Positions 29,397-40,069 of a stretch of DNA of 64,000 nucleotides are shown in pieces (position 1 is the stretch's first letter; every line of letters begins with the position of its first letter). The notes under the pieces were generated by a model. That model worked only from the letters and a program-made list of their open reading frames with translations. It was not told the DNA's origin and ran no database searches. A program made the position numbers and the translations under genes. The stretch is from assembly GCA_050246315.1 (NCBI GenBank), contig JBFWWG010000012.1:54543-118542 (forward strand), read 5' to 3'. Source of the DNA: Nitrospiraceae bacterium. Lineage in GTDB: Bacteria; Nitrospirota; Nitrospiria; Nitrospirales; Nitrospiraceae.

Positions 29397-29828
29397 TTAT
29401 GGAGCGGCGGGCAGGATCGTTCTGGCGAGGGCGGTGGCGGTGAAGTCGCTTCCGATCGAGCTCTTGACGTTGTCAGGGGGCGCTTCGATCAACGCTTCGA
29501 CCTGCATGACCATCCCGTGGCGTGCGGGTTGGGTCAGGCTTTCATCCTCCTGGCATCGCACCAGATAGACCACTCTGATCGTTCCCGTGCTGTCTTCCAG
29601 ATCGAAGTCCTGTCCACAGAGCGATTGGACCGCGACATTCCTGCCCGACCTCGTCCCGATCACATGGACTTTCCCTTGTATGCGGACCACCTTTCGGTGA
29701 AAGCCTGTCGGATTGGACAGGATCTTCTCAATCGGGATGATCTGGTCTGCTGCGAACGCGGGCACGCCTCCAACGCAAACCGTCAAGACACCGATGCCGA
29801 AGACGGTTTGGACAAACCCTGTTCTCAT
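29397..29828 (-). CDS. Exported hypothetical protein, OB-fold-like
   Basis: Signal peptide ending AFA; IEKILSNP..FHRKVVRIQGKV and FDLEDSTGTIRV resemble small OB-fold proteins. Confidence 0.65.
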   Translation of the reverse strand: MRTGFVQTVFGIGVLTVCVGGVPAFAADQIIPIEKILSNPTGFHRKVVRIQGKVHVIGTRSGRNVAVQSLCGQDFDLEDSTGTIRVVYLVRCQEDESLTQPARHGMVMQVEALIEAPPDNVKSSIGSDFTATALARTILPAAP

Positions 29829-29968
29829 CGGTCTACTCCCTTCTGATTGTTGCCCCATCCAGACTGTACGACAGGCCGCGTCAATGCCCAACTAATTCTG
29901 CGCTTTGGTCTCGTTGACAAGCCGGTTGCTCCCACCTAAGATTCGCCCCGTTCATCTATCCGACTGTT

Positions 29969-30625
29969 ATGGCGATGACACTCCAAGAACTCAGCACCTC
30001 GCTCCACAACTGCCAGCGTTGTAAGCTCGCCAAGCTCGGCCGGTCTCAAGTGGTCTTCGGCGTCGGCAACCCTCACGCCTCGATCATGTTCGTCGGCGAG
30101 GCGCCCGGTTTTTACGAAGATCAGAAGGGAGAGCCGTTCGTCGGCGCAGCGGGCAAACTCTTGAACGATCTTTTGCAGTCTGCGGGACTGTCACGTTCCG
30201 AAATCTACATTGCGAACGTCATCAAGTGCCGGCCGCCCAACAACCGCGACCCGGAGCCGGACGAGGTCGAAACCTGTAAGCCCTTCCTCATGGAACAGAT
30301 CGGCCTGATCAAGCCGAAGCTTGTCTGCACGCTCGGCAACTGGGCGACCCAGACCTTGATGGAGCGGAAGGTGGGGATTACGAAGGTGCGGGGACAGGCG
30401 TTTTATTTGAAGGACTTCGTGCTGTTTCCATTGTTCCATCCGGCCGCAGCACTGCACCAGGGCAATTTGATGGATTCGTTGCGGGAGGATTTCAAGAAAC
30501 TGAAGACGTATCTCGATAAGATGCGCGCGGAGCCACCGCCCGCATCCACGCCGGCACAGCCCGATCAGTCTTCATCGGAGACAAAGGAGGGGGAGGCCGC
30601 GACTCAGATGAGCCTCTTCGGCTAG
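29969..30625 (+). CDS. udg: Uracil-DNA glycosylase, family 4
   Basis: CQRC Fe-S ligands, VGEAPG, PFVGAAGKLL, NVIKCRPPNNRDP, HPAA. Confidence 0.95.
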   Translation: MAMTLQELSTSLHNCQRCKLAKLGRSQVVFGVGNPHASIMFVGEAPGFYEDQKGEPFVGAAGKLLNDLLQSAGLSRSEIYIANVIKCRPPNNRDPEPDEVETCKPFLMEQIGLIKPKLVCTLGNWATQTLMERKVGITKVRGQAFYLKDFVLFPLFHPAAALHQGNLMDSLREDFKKLKTYLDKMRAEPPPASTPAQPDQSSSETKEGEAATQMSLFG

Positions 30626-30666
30626 TCTTTCCGGTCGAGGCGCGTGGGATCGCCGCCGCGAGCCGA

Positions 30667-31134
30667 TTACTTCGAAGCGGGCGACTTGGCATCGGAGGAA
30701 CTCGCCGACGATTCCTTCTCAGGCTGCATCCCTTCCTCTCCAGGCTGTTCGCTCGGTTCCGGCTCATCGAACCAGGCCGCCAGCATGTCTTCCCACCAGG
30801 CCTCATTCACCTCGTCACCGGGATCAACACCGATGCCGGCCACATCGGTCGCCGTGAGGGAAGCCCCGGCCGCAGACGGAGTCGCCTTGAGGTGATCGAT
30901 GACCTGTTTGGTGGCGAAACCGCCGACCATCCAGCTATCGGGGTCGGCACGGCGCGATTTATAGGCCTTCAGGTTTTGTTTCAAATAGAGAAAGATGGCG
31001 CGTTGTGGGTCATCGCCCACGCCGGACTGAGGCAGGCTCAAGATCTTCTCGATCTTTTTTCGCCATTTCCAGTCGTTGTACCGTGAGGTGATCAACTGCA
31101 ACATCTTTCCGCCCAGTTCAGCGTCCAGCGCCAT
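30667..31134 (-). CDS. Hypothetical protein
   Basis: 155-aa ORF with SD AGGTGG, 7 nt downstream of the preceding gene. Confidence 0.7.
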   Translation of the reverse strand: MALDAELGGKMLQLITSRYNDWKWRKKIEKILSLPQSGVGDDPQRAIFLYLKQNLKAYKSRRADPDSWMVGGFATKQVIDHLKATPSAAGASLTATDVAGIGVDPGDEVNEAWWEDMLAAWFDEPEPSEQPGEEGMQPEKESSASSSDAKSPASK

Positions 31135-31141
31135 AGTCCAC

Positions 31142-31432
31142 CTAATTCCTCTCCTCTTCCCGCAATGCCACGGTGTCGTTCAGCCCGGCCGCCTCGAGAA
31201 TCTCGCACACCGGCCGGTGGTAGACGCGCGGCACATAAAAAAACAGCCCCTTATAGACACTGCCGAAGATCGCCCCCAGCATCGACTCATTCCGATATTC
31301 TTCCAGGCTGAGCGCGTAGTCCACTCCTTGCGCCGTCAAGGCCTGCTCCGCCGCTTCCGCCTCGCGAGACGTGCCGGCGATATAGACCAAGCTCAGCGGG
31401 GCTGCAAACCACTCTGTCGTGCGCCGCGCCAC
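31142..31432 (-). CDS. Small hypothetical protein
   Basis: 96-aa GTG-start ORF with SD CAGGA, co-oriented with its neighbours. Confidence 0.65.
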   Translation of the reverse strand: MARRTTEWFAAPLSLVYIAGTSREAEAAEQALTAQGVDYALSLEEYRNESMLGAIFGSVYKGLFFYVPRVYHRPVCEILEAAGLNDTVALREEERN

Positions 31433-31453
31433 GTCTGAATTCCTGCGGTGACG

Positions 31454-31649
31454 TTAGCCCGCATTATTCATGACGGTTCGTTGCGTTCCACCCGTTGCAG
31501 TGAAAGCGCAACGGGTACCCGGCAGTCGCCAAGCGAGACGGGCAAGCGCAGCCGCGAAAGACTGAGCGGCGAGCGCGCCCGCCGTCAGGCTCTGTCGCAG
31601 CGGCGAATCCGCGATTGCAGCAGGAGTGTTCATAAATAATGCAGCTTAG
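31454..31649. mobile_element. MITE-like element, family 2
   Basis: Ends TAGCCCGCATTATTCATGA and TCATAAATAATGCAGCTTAG; homologous to 47222-47438 and 49954-50168. Confidence 0.8.
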
Positions 31650-32347
31650 GCCAGGTGCTGGCGAAAGAAGGCCACTGCCCGTCCCCACGCATCTTGCGCC
31701 TCGGCCGGCCGATACACTTCCTTCCTCGTATCGTTAAAGAAGGCGTGCGTCGCTCCCGGATAGGTCTTGATCTCACCTGCCTTACCATATTTCTTCAACG
31801 CTCCGGCCAACCGTTGCACATCGGCCCTGGTGATCCAGCCGTCGTCCTCTCCATAGATATAGAGGATCGGACAGGCCAGGTTCTGGATCGGATTGTCCGG
31901 ATTCGGCACCTGCCCGTAGAAAGGCACCGCGGCTCTAATGTCCCGACTCACACAGGGCAACATCAGCGTATAGGACCCGCCCATACAAAACCCGATGACC
32001 CCGATGCGACCGGCATCGACCTCCGGTGCCAGCCTGAGATAGGTCACCGTCGCGACGAGATCGTTGAGGCCGTCCTCCTGTTTCAGCTTGTTCATCAGTT
32101 GACCGGCTTCGTTCGCATTGGTGGTGACGACATGGCCAAAGCGCGAATAGAGATCCGGTGCGATCGCCACATACCCCTCCCTGGCCACACGCCGCGCAAT
32201 GTCCTTGATATGGTCGTTCAGCCCCCACCATTCCTGGACGACGATGATCGTGGGCCTCGGTTCTTTGGCCGCTTCCGAGACGAGGAGCGCGCGGATGGTG
32301 CCCCCCTCGCCGGGATACTGCACCATGGTTTCGTTCAGTTCCGGCAT
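31646..32347 (-). CDS. Dienelactone hydrolase family protein
   Basis: QEWWGLN, GFCMGG nucleophile, HAFFND. Confidence 0.95.
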   Translation of the reverse strand: MPELNETMVQYPGEGGTIRALLVSEAAKEPRPTIIVVQEWWGLNDHIKDIARRVAREGYVAIAPDLYSRFGHVVTTNANEAGQLMNKLKQEDGLNDLVATVTYLRLAPEVDAGRIGVIGFCMGGSYTLMLPCVSRDIRAAVPFYGQVPNPDNPIQNLACPILYIYGEDDGWITRADVQRLAGALKKYGKAGEIKTYPGATHAFFNDTRKEVYRPAEAQDAWGRAVAFFRQHLA

Positions 32348-32388
32348 GATGCTCAGTTACTACCGTTACTACCGTAGCGTCGTAGAAG

Positions 32389-32430
32389 TTCGTTCGTGGT
32401 GAGCCCTTCGACTGGCTCAGGGCGAACGGA
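32389..32430. repeat. REP-like hairpin
   Basis: TTCGTTCGTGGTGAGCC-CTTCGACT-GGCTCAGGGCGAACGGA; same family as 9113-9187. Confidence 0.7.
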
Positions 32431-32458
32431 TCTTCACCTGAAGGAAAGGAAGACAATA

Positions 32459-33838
32459 CTAACTACCGGCGACGGTCATCTCATGCAACTTGATCGTCGG
32501 ACTGGCGATCCGCCCGCGGAAACGCAAGTCGTTCCCGATCTCCTCGATGTTCAACCACATGTCTTTCAGATTGCCGGCGATGGTGATCTCTTCCACTGGA
32601 AAAGCCAGCTCCCCATCCTTGATCCAAAACCCCACCGCTCCGCGGGAGTAATCTCCTGTCACCATGTTCACGCCGAAGCCGATCAACTCCGTCACGTACA
32701 GCCCTTCCTTGATTCCGCCGATGATCTGCTCGGCGGATTGTGTGCCGGGGCTCAGGTAAAAGTTTGTCGGCCCCACACCGGGACTGTCCCCGACGCTTCT
32801 GGAGGCATTGCCCGTCGACGCCAATCCTAATTTGCGTCCGGAATAGGTATCGAGGAGGTAACTCTTCAGGAGACCCTGCTCGACGACAACGGTCCGCCTG
32901 GTCGGCAACCCGTCTCCGTCGAAGGGCTTGGAGCCCAATCCGCCGACCACGCGGCCGTCATCGTAGAGCGTGACGGTCTCCGGCGCGATCTTCTGACCCA
33001 GTTGGCCGACCAGGTAGGACGCTCCTTTATAGAGCGCGTAGCCGGAGAGGGCGCTACAAAGTTGGCTCAACAACCCGCCGGCCATCTCCTGATCGAATAC
33101 GACCGGGACCCGCTTGGTCGCCACTCTTCTTGCACCGAGCCTTCGGATGGTCCGGCGCGCGGCTTCGAGACCGATCGATTCGGGACTGTCCAGCTTGGCG
33201 TACTTACGTTGCACGGCGTACCAGCTATCGCGCTGCATCGTACCGTTGTCCGGGTCGCGGGCGACCGGCGCGACGGAGAGGGAATAATTGGTGGCGCGAT
33301 ACTGTCCGGAAAATCCGCGGCTATTGGCGAGCACGATGGACCCGGTGGACCAGTCGAATTCCGCTCCTTCGGAATTAATGATGCGCGGATCGGCCGACAG
33401 GGCCGTCCGCTCGGCGGCGCGGGCGTGATCAATCTGCTGTTCGGTCGTGAGACGGGTCTCGTCATACAGGTCCAGATCCGGGAGTTCTCCGGCACATTGA
33501 TCCCCTTCGGGCAACCCGGACATCTCATCCTCGACCACGGCCCTCGCCAGCGCGCAGGTATCGGCGACCAACTGTGTCAACGACGCCTTCGAGAAATCCG
33601 ACGTGGAGGTGGTCGCCGAGCGCTTGCCGATAAAGACCCTCAGTCCCAGCCGCTTTTCCCTGGCCTTTGTAAGCCGATCCACCGCCGACATACGGACCTG
33701 CACCGACAGCGTCTCGCCGTCAACCACCATGACTTCCGCGTCGGTCGCCCCGTCGCCCTTCGCCTGATCCAGCAGATCCAAGGCCAGCTCAACATACGAG
33801 CCGCCGGATGTCACGGCCGTCGTCATGCCCAACTCCAT
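32459..33838 (-). CDS. pmbA: PmbA/TldE metalloprotease subunit
   Basis: PFDGDG, GFGVNMVTGDYSRGA, PVEEITIAGNL; directly downstream of tldD. Confidence 0.93.
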   Translation of the reverse strand: MELGMTTAVTSGGSYVELALDLLDQAKGDGATDAEVMVVDGETLSVQVRMSAVDRLTKAREKRLGLRVFIGKRSATTSTSDFSKASLTQLVADTCALARAVVEDEMSGLPEGDQCAGELPDLDLYDETRLTTEQQIDHARAAERTALSADPRIINSEGAEFDWSTGSIVLANSRGFSGQYRATNYSLSVAPVARDPDNGTMQRDSWYAVQRKYAKLDSPESIGLEAARRTIRRLGARRVATKRVPVVFDQEMAGGLLSQLCSALSGYALYKGASYLVGQLGQKIAPETVTLYDDGRVVGGLGSKPFDGDGLPTRRTVVVEQGLLKSYLLDTYSGRKLGLASTGNASRSVGDSPGVGPTNFYLSPGTQSAEQIIGGIKEGLYVTELIGFGVNMVTGDYSRGAVGFWIKDGELAFPVEEITIAGNLKDMWLNIEEIGNDLRFRGRIASPTIKLHEMTVAGS

Positions 33839-33943
33839 TCGTCAACCGTCATGTCGCCAACCGTCATACATCAATCGTTGAATTGAGGACCCCTGCCCGT
33901 TCTGCTCGCTTGACGTTTGACGCGTGACGAGCGCCTCTATGCC

Positions 33944-35383
33944 TCACGAGGCCTGCGTTCCGCCGACCGTCAGCTCATCGATCTTGATCGTCGGCAGTCC
34001 CACTCCAACCGGCACCGACTGACCTTCCTTCCCACAGGTGCCGATCCCCTCGTCCAATGCGAGGTCGTGGCCGACCATCGAGACCTTAGTCAGCACATCC
34101 GGTCCGTTCCCGATGAGGGTGGCGCCCTTCACGGGACGCGTCATCCGGCCGTCTTCGATCAGATAGGCCTCGCTCGCCGAAAACACGAACTTGCCGCTCG
34201 TAATATCGACCTGTCCACCCCCGAAGGAGACGGCATAGAGCCCGCGCTTCACCGAACGGAGAATATCCTGCGGATCGTCCTGGCCTGCCAGCATGAAGGT
34301 ATTGGTCATGCGCGGGAGCACCACACTTTGATAGCTCTCTCGCCGGCCGTTCCCCGTCAGAGGAATCCCCATCAACCTCGCATTGAGCCGGTCCGTGATA
34401 TACCCGCGCAGCAAGCCCTTCTCGATGAGGACCGTTCGAGTGGTCGGCGTCCCCTCGTCGTCCATGTTCAACGACCCACGGCGAAACGGCAGGGTTCCGT
34501 CGTCCACGATGGTGCAAAGCTCCGAGGCCACCCTCGTCCCGACGCGGTCGGAGAAGGCCGATGTCTTTCGCCGGTTGAAATCTGCCTCCAATCCATGCCC
34601 GATGGCCTCATGGAGCAGAATCCCGGGCCAGCCCCCGCCTAGGACGACCGGCATCACGCCGGCCGGCGCTTCGACGGCGCTGAGATTCAAGATGGCCTGG
34701 CGAGCCGCTTCCTTGGCGTAGCGTGCGTAGCGGTCCTGCTCACGGAACCAGTGGAAGTCGATTCGGCCGCCCCCGCCGAAACTCCCGACCTGACGATTCC
34801 CGTTCTCCTCCGCAATGCAGGTCACTTGCAGCCGGGCCAACGGCTGTACGTCGCCGACCGCCATCCCTTCATGGTTCACGACCATCACGAGCTTGTATTC
34901 CATATTGATGGAGGCGAACACGTTCTTGATGCGCGGGTCGCAGCGCCTCGCCTCCTGGTCGATCAGGTTCAACAACGCCACTCGATCCTGAGTCGCCACC
35001 TCCGCCACGGTCTGCTCAAGCGGGTAGAGATTATGTGCGGGTTGTCGGCGCTGGGTGACGGGGACAGGGCTGCCGCCCTGAGGAGAGGCGGCGATATACC
35101 GGGCCGCGTCGGCTGCGATTTCGAGATCCTTCTTGGTCAGCTCGTCGGAGTAGGCGAACCCGGTCTTCTCTCCTGCCGTGGCCCGGACACCGACACCCTG
35201 TGAAATGCTCTTGGTGGCGCGCTTGACGAGGCCCTCCTCCATCGAGACCGATTCCGATCGGCTGACCTCGAAGTAGAGATCGGCGTAATCGACCGCGGGC
35301 GCCTTCACACGAGCGACCGCCCGGAGCGCTTCCTGCTCCGTCACGCCGAATTGGCTGAGTTCCGTCTGCGGTTGTGTCGGCAT
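33944..35383 (-). CDS. tldD: TldD metalloprotease
   Basis: GWPGILLHEAIGHGLEADFNR, PRMTNT, CGKEGQSVPV. Start set at MPTQ. Confidence 0.95.
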   Translation of the reverse strand: MPTQPQTELSQFGVTEQEALRAVARVKAPAVDYADLYFEVSRSESVSMEEGLVKRATKSISQGVGVRATAGEKTGFAYSDELTKKDLEIAADAARYIAASPQGGSPVPVTQRRQPAHNLYPLEQTVAEVATQDRVALLNLIDQEARRCDPRIKNVFASINMEYKLVMVVNHEGMAVGDVQPLARLQVTCIAEENGNRQVGSFGGGGRIDFHWFREQDRYARYAKEAARQAILNLSAVEAPAGVMPVVLGGGWPGILLHEAIGHGLEADFNRRKTSAFSDRVGTRVASELCTIVDDGTLPFRRGSLNMDDEGTPTTRTVLIEKGLLRGYITDRLNARLMGIPLTGNGRRESYQSVVLPRMTNTFMLAGQDDPQDILRSVKRGLYAVSFGGGQVDITSGKFVFSASEAYLIEDGRMTRPVKGATLIGNGPDVLTKVSMVGHDLALDEGIGTCGKEGQSVPVGVGLPTIKIDELTVGGTQAS

Positions 35384-35649
35384 ACGATTCCGTCCGGGTC
35401 GAGCAACACGTTCACCACGAACAAGGCGAACGGAGTATAACTGATGCGTTTTTGCCGGCGCAATGTGAGCCTTCGCTGGCATCGAGGCGAGCAGTCTCTC
35501 CTCTCGGATTGTGCCCGCGCGCGGATCCCGATGAGAGACCGCCACGGGACTCTCGCTGCAACCGATGGGTTGTTTGACTTTTGTTCGGCTCCCCTTTAGA
35601 CTTTGCCATCCCGCCACCGTTCGAGATAAAAGGGAACCCTACCACCTTC

Positions 35650-36450
35650 ATGATAGGCAACAGCGCCCCGGCCGGCACCGCCGTGCTTTCCGACAGCGAG
35701 TTGATCGCGAGGCTCACGCCAGACTCGCTGCCCCGACACGTCGCCATCATCATGGACGGCAACGGGCGGTGGGCGAGAGCCCGAGGTCTACCCCGCATCG
35801 CCGGCCATTCGGAGGGCATCAAATCACTCCAGGAAGTCATCGGGCTGTTCCTTGAATTGAGCATTCCCGCCCTCACGATTTACGCCTTCTCCCAAGAAAA
35901 TTGGAACCGTCCGGCAGGCGAAATCAAGGCATTGATGGGGCTGTTGGAACATTACCTTTCGACAGAGCAGGGCCGATTGGTGGAGCGCGGCATCCGCCTG
36001 CGGACGATCGGCCGAGTTGAAATGCTGCCGACCGGCGCGCTAGCGCGACTGCGGGCAAGCGAGGAGGAATCGAGGCACTGCGACAAGCTGGTATTGACTG
36101 TCGGGCTGAGCTACGGCGGGCGATCGGAAATCGTGGACGCCGTTCGAAAGGTCGCCGCCGACTGTCAAGCCAGGCGTCTTCAGCCCGACGACATCGACGA
36201 AGGGCTCTTCGAACAGTACCTCTCGACGACCGGCCTTCCCGACCCAGATCTGTTGATCCGCACGAGCGGTGAGTCGCGCATCAGCAATTTTCTGCTCTGG
36301 CAGTTGGCCTACACCGAACTTTACTTCACTCCCACCCTCTGGCCCGATTTTCGGCGGCGAGAAGCGTTGCTCGCGTTGATCGAGTTCCAACAGCGCGATC
36401 GCCGGTTTGGACGCATCAAGCCGTCCATGACGCCCTCCACCACCCGGTGA
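35650..36450 (+). CDS. uppS: Undecaprenyl diphosphate synthase
   Basis: HVAIIMDGNGRWA, YAFSQENWNRP, DLLIRTSGESRISNFLLWQ. Confidence 0.96.
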   Translation: MIGNSAPAGTAVLSDSELIARLTPDSLPRHVAIIMDGNGRWARARGLPRIAGHSEGIKSLQEVIGLFLELSIPALTIYAFSQENWNRPAGEIKALMGLLEHYLSTEQGRLVERGIRLRTIGRVEMLPTGALARLRASEEESRHCDKLVLTVGLSYGGRSEIVDAVRKVAADCQARRLQPDDIDEGLFEQYLSTTGLPDPDLLIRTSGESRISNFLLWQLAYTELYFTPTLWPDFRRREALLALIEFQQRDRRFGRIKPSMTPSTTR

Positions 36451-37334
36451 ACGAGTCGTCGATTGAACGATCGCCCGACAGTCTCGGGGCCTCCGCGGCC
36501 CCTTCCGTTGCGCCTCGCCGGTTCGATCCGCGACGTGTCTACGTGGCTCTCATCTTCCTTCCCATCGTCTACGCGATTATTCGCTACGTTCCGCCGGCGG
36601 GATTGTTCCTCCTCGTCTTGTTGACCGCCCTGTTGGCGCTGGGCGAACTTTACCGCATGCACCTCGGCGCAAGGCCGTTTCCCCCGGTCATGCGCTGCGG
36701 GTTTCTCGGTTGCACCCTCCTGTTGGCGGCGGTGCAATGGCCGGAACTCCTGGACGGACCGGCAGCCTTCGCCTTCTCCATCCTCCTGATGTTATGCGCC
36801 ACGCTCTGGCCGGGAGATGCTCGCCCAAGCGTTCTCGCCGACACGGCCCTGGCTGGATTCGGGCTCCTCTACGTCGGCTGGACGCTCTCGTACGTCCTCA
36901 AAATCCGGTCGTTGTCCGAGGGATTGTGGTTGATCTTTTTTCTCGTCCTGGTCACTTGGGCCGGCGACACGGGAGCCTACTACACTGGGATTTCGCTCGG
37001 ACGTCGGCCGTTGGCGCCCAAGCTCAGTCCGAAGAAAACGGTGGAGGGATTGATCGGCGGCTGGATCTTTGCGATGGCGGCGGCCCTTGCCTCGTCATAC
37101 TGGTTCCTCCCGAGCTTCGGCCCGCTCGATGCGATCGCCGCAAGCTTTGTATTGACAGGAGCGGGTCTGATAGGCGACTTATCTGAGTCGGCGCTGAAGC
37201 GCAGCGCGGGAGTCAAGGATTCCGGCTGGTTACTTCCGGGGCATGGCGGCGTGTTGGATCGGATCGACAGCTTATTGTTCACCTCGCCGGTTTTCTACTA
37301 TTATGTGGTCCTGACTCAGGGAACCCCTGTATGA
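36447..37334 (+). CDS. cdsA: Phosphatidate cytidylyltransferase
   Basis: DTGAY, SPKKTVEG, KDSG..LPGHGGVLDRIDS. Confidence 0.95.
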   Translation: MNESSIERSPDSLGASAAPSVAPRRFDPRRVYVALIFLPIVYAIIRYVPPAGLFLLVLLTALLALGELYRMHLGARPFPPVMRCGFLGCTLLLAAVQWPELLDGPAAFAFSILLMLCATLWPGDARPSVLADTALAGFGLLYVGWTLSYVLKIRSLSEGLWLIFFLVLVTWAGDTGAYYTGISLGRRPLAPKLSPKKTVEGLIGGWIFAMAAALASSYWFLPSFGPLDAIAASFVLTGAGLIGDLSESALKRSAGVKDSGWLLPGHGGVLDRIDSLLFTSPVFYYYVVLTQGTPV

Positions 37335-37461
37335 CGACATTCCGCGGAGCGCGAAGGATCCCCTGGATGCGCCTCGCCGTCACGGCCACGCCGGGCATCC
37401 GCGCCGTTGCCGCATCTCCCCATCCCGATCGTTTGATTCCACGACTGCAAAGGACAGCCCT

Positions 37462-38622
37462 ATGAAAGAGATTGTGCTGCTCGGATCAACCGGATCGATC
37501 GGGACGAATACGCTCGATATTGTGGACCGATTTCCCGACGAGTTTCGTGTCGTCGGCCTCACGGCCGGCAGCAACGACGAAAAACTGGAAGAACAGATCC
37601 GTCGTTTCCGTCCAACCGTCGTCGCCATGGCCGACCCCTCTGCCGCCGTCCGGCTTTGCGATCGCTGCCGGGACCTGCCGGTGGAGATCCTCACCGGTCC
37701 GGAAGGCGTCGCCGAGGTGGCGCGAGTCCCTGGACCGACGTTGGCCATTTCCGCCATCGTCGGCGCCGCCGGTCTGCTCCCCACGCTTTCGGCGATTCGA
37801 ACCGGAAAGCACGTCGCGCTGGCGAACAAGGAACCCATGGTGATGGCCGGGCAACTGATGCGGGAAGAGGCGGAGATGCATGGGATCCGCATCCTGCCGG
37901 TGGACAGCGAACACAGTGCGATCTTTCAATCGCTGGAAGGACATCGCCGCGAAGATGTGCGAAAGGTCGTGCTCACCGCCTCAGGAGGCCCGCTGTGGGA
38001 CATGTCTCGGGCGGACATGCAGGACGTGAAGCCGGAACGGGCGCTGCAGCACCCCAACTGGAAAATGGGCGCGAAGATCACGATCGACTCGGCCACGCTC
38101 ATGAACAAGGGCCTCGAAGTGATCGAGGCCCGCTGGCTCTTCGACATTCCGGCCTCGCAGATCGAGGTACTGGTCCACCGGGAGAGCATCATTCATTCTC
38201 TGGTAGAATATACTGACCGGTCGATCATCGCGCAGCTCGGACTCCCGGATATGCGGACTCCGATCTCCTACGCGATGAAGTATCCGGAACGGCTTGTCCT
38301 GGACCTGCCCTCGCTGGATCTGGCCGACATCGGCAAACTCACGTTTCACCGTCCCGACCACGATCGCTTCCCCTGTCTTCGACTCGGGTACGATTCGTTG
38401 ACGGAGGGAGGGACCATGCCGGCGACCCTGAACGCCGCCAACGAGGTGGCGGTGGAGGCCTATCTGAACGGCGGTATTCGGTTCGGCGAAATTGCTGAGG
38501 TGATCCGCGGCACCATGGAATCTCACACCCGTCGTGGGTTAGAGTGTCTGGAGAACGCGTTGGATGCGGACCGCTGGGCCAGAGAGAAGGCTCTGTCGCT
38601 GGTCACGGCGCTGGCACGATAA
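37462..38622 (+). CDS. dxr: 1-deoxy-D-xylulose 5-phosphate reductoisomerase
   Basis: LGSTGSIG, LANKE, PVDSEHSAIFQ, HPNWKMGAKITIDSATLMNKGLE. Confidence 0.97.
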   Translation: MKEIVLLGSTGSIGTNTLDIVDRFPDEFRVVGLTAGSNDEKLEEQIRRFRPTVVAMADPSAAVRLCDRCRDLPVEILTGPEGVAEVARVPGPTLAISAIVGAAGLLPTLSAIRTGKHVALANKEPMVMAGQLMREEAEMHGIRILPVDSEHSAIFQSLEGHRREDVRKVVLTASGGPLWDMSRADMQDVKPERALQHPNWKMGAKITIDSATLMNKGLEVIEARWLFDIPASQIEVLVHRESIIHSLVEYTDRSIIAQLGLPDMRTPISYAMKYPERLVLDLPSLDLADIGKLTFHRPDHDRFPCLRLGYDSLTEGGTMPATLNAANEVAVEAYLNGGIRFGEIAEVIRGTMESHTRRGLECLENALDADRWAREKALSLVTALAR

Positions 38623-38668
38623 GGATCGCGATGAAAATCGAAGAGCAATACGGACGAGAGAAATCCTG

Positions 38669-40063
38669 ATGATGCTGCCGGCATTCACATGGTCGCCGGA
38701 TGCGATGTGGGTCCTCCTGCAGAAGGCTTGGTGGTTTCTCGTTGTCCTGGGCGTGTTGGTGGCCTTCCACGAATTGGGGCATTTCCTGGCTGCACGATGG
38801 GTCGGGGTCAAGGTCCTTAAGTTTTCGCTTGGATTCGGTCCGAAACTGTTCAGCCGCCAGGCCGGCGAAACCGAGTATCTGTTGTCGGCCATCCCCTTGG
38901 GCGGGTACGTGAAACTCTTCGGCGAGGAGGAAAGCGAGGCTCTGACCCAGGACGATCGCCAACGCTCGTTTGCTCACCAGGACCTCTGGAAACGGATGTT
39001 GATCGTGGCGGCCGGCCCCGGATTCAACTTTATCCTCGCCTATTTGATTTTCGCCGGATGGCTGTCCACTGGATCGCCCCTCTTCGTACCGACGTTCCAG
39101 GATCTGAGCCCCGACGTGGAGGCCGTGTTGCCGGACTCGCCTGCGGGCCAGGCCGGCATTCAAGTCGGCGACCGGATCATCCGTGTCAACGACCACGACA
39201 TCTCAACCCGCAACGAGCTGTTCGACGCGATTGCCAAGAGCAGCGGCAACTCAATGACCCTGGATGTCCGGCGCAAGGGACAGGTCAAGACCCTGGTGCT
39301 GACACCTGAGCCGGTCCCCGGCCATGAAGCAGGCAGCGAGGAACCGGCGTTCCGGATCGGCGTCGAGGATCCGGCTCCCGTGGTGACCGGTGTCATGGCC
39401 GGCTCCCCTGCGACCGCGGCGGGATTCCAACCGGGCGATCGGATCGTTCGCATTGAAGAGCAGCCGATATATTCGTGGGTTCAGATGACCGGGATCGTCA
39501 AAGACAGTCCCGACAAACCGCTTCAGGTGGGGATCGACCGAGACGGCACGTTGATGACGTTGACCGTGACGCCGGCGCCGGAAAAGACCACCATCGGCGG
39601 CAAAGAGGTGGTGATCGGCAAGATCGGGGTGTCCGGGCCTGGTCGAGCGCTCATGCGCGCTTCGAATCCTTTGCAGGCGGTCTTCTATGGCGTCCAAGCC
39701 ACCTGGGGTTGGACGGAGCTGACGACCGTGGGCATCTATAAGATGATCGTCGGTGAGATTTCGAGCAAGAACATCGGCGGCCCGCTGACGATCGCCAACA
39801 TTTCGGGGGAAGCCGCGACACAGGGGGCGTCCAGCGTCGTCTTCCTGATCGCGATCCTGAGCATCAATCTTGGCGTATTGAACCTGTTGCCGATCCCGAT
39901 TTTGGACGGCGGTCATCTCTTTTTTTTCATGCTCGAAGGCATCCTCCGCAAGCCGCTCGGCGAGCGCCAGCGCGAGATCGCCCAGCAGGTGGGATTGGTC
40001 CTCCTGGTCGGCATCATGGTCTTTGCCTTCTGGAACGATCTCGAACGGTTGTTCCTCCGCTAG
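38669..40063 (+). CDS. rseP: RIP metalloprotease RseP
   Basis: HELGH, two PDZ-like domains, NLLPIPILDGG. Confidence 0.95.
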   Translation: MMLPAFTWSPDAMWVLLQKAWWFLVVLGVLVAFHELGHFLAARWVGVKVLKFSLGFGPKLFSRQAGETEYLLSAIPLGGYVKLFGEEESEALTQDDRQRSFAHQDLWKRMLIVAAGPGFNFILAYLIFAGWLSTGSPLFVPTFQDLSPDVEAVLPDSPAGQAGIQVGDRIIRVNDHDISTRNELFDAIAKSSGNSMTLDVRRKGQVKTLVLTPEPVPGHEAGSEEPAFRIGVEDPAPVVTGVMAGSPATAAGFQPGDRIVRIEEQPIYSWVQMTGIVKDSPDKPLQVGIDRDGTLMTLTVTPAPEKTTIGGKEVVIGKIGVSGPGRALMRASNPLQAVFYGVQATWGWTELTTVGIYKMIVGEISSKNIGGPLTIANISGEAATQGASSVVFLIAILSINLGVLNLLPIPILDGGHLFFFMLEGILRKPLGERQREIAQQVGLVLLVGIMVFAFWNDLERLFLR

Positions 40064-40069
40064 ACTCGC

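Noticed and set aside
33840..33940. Short CGTCA/TGACG reiterations between tldD and pmbA
   Set aside because: Too short and irregular to support a feature.
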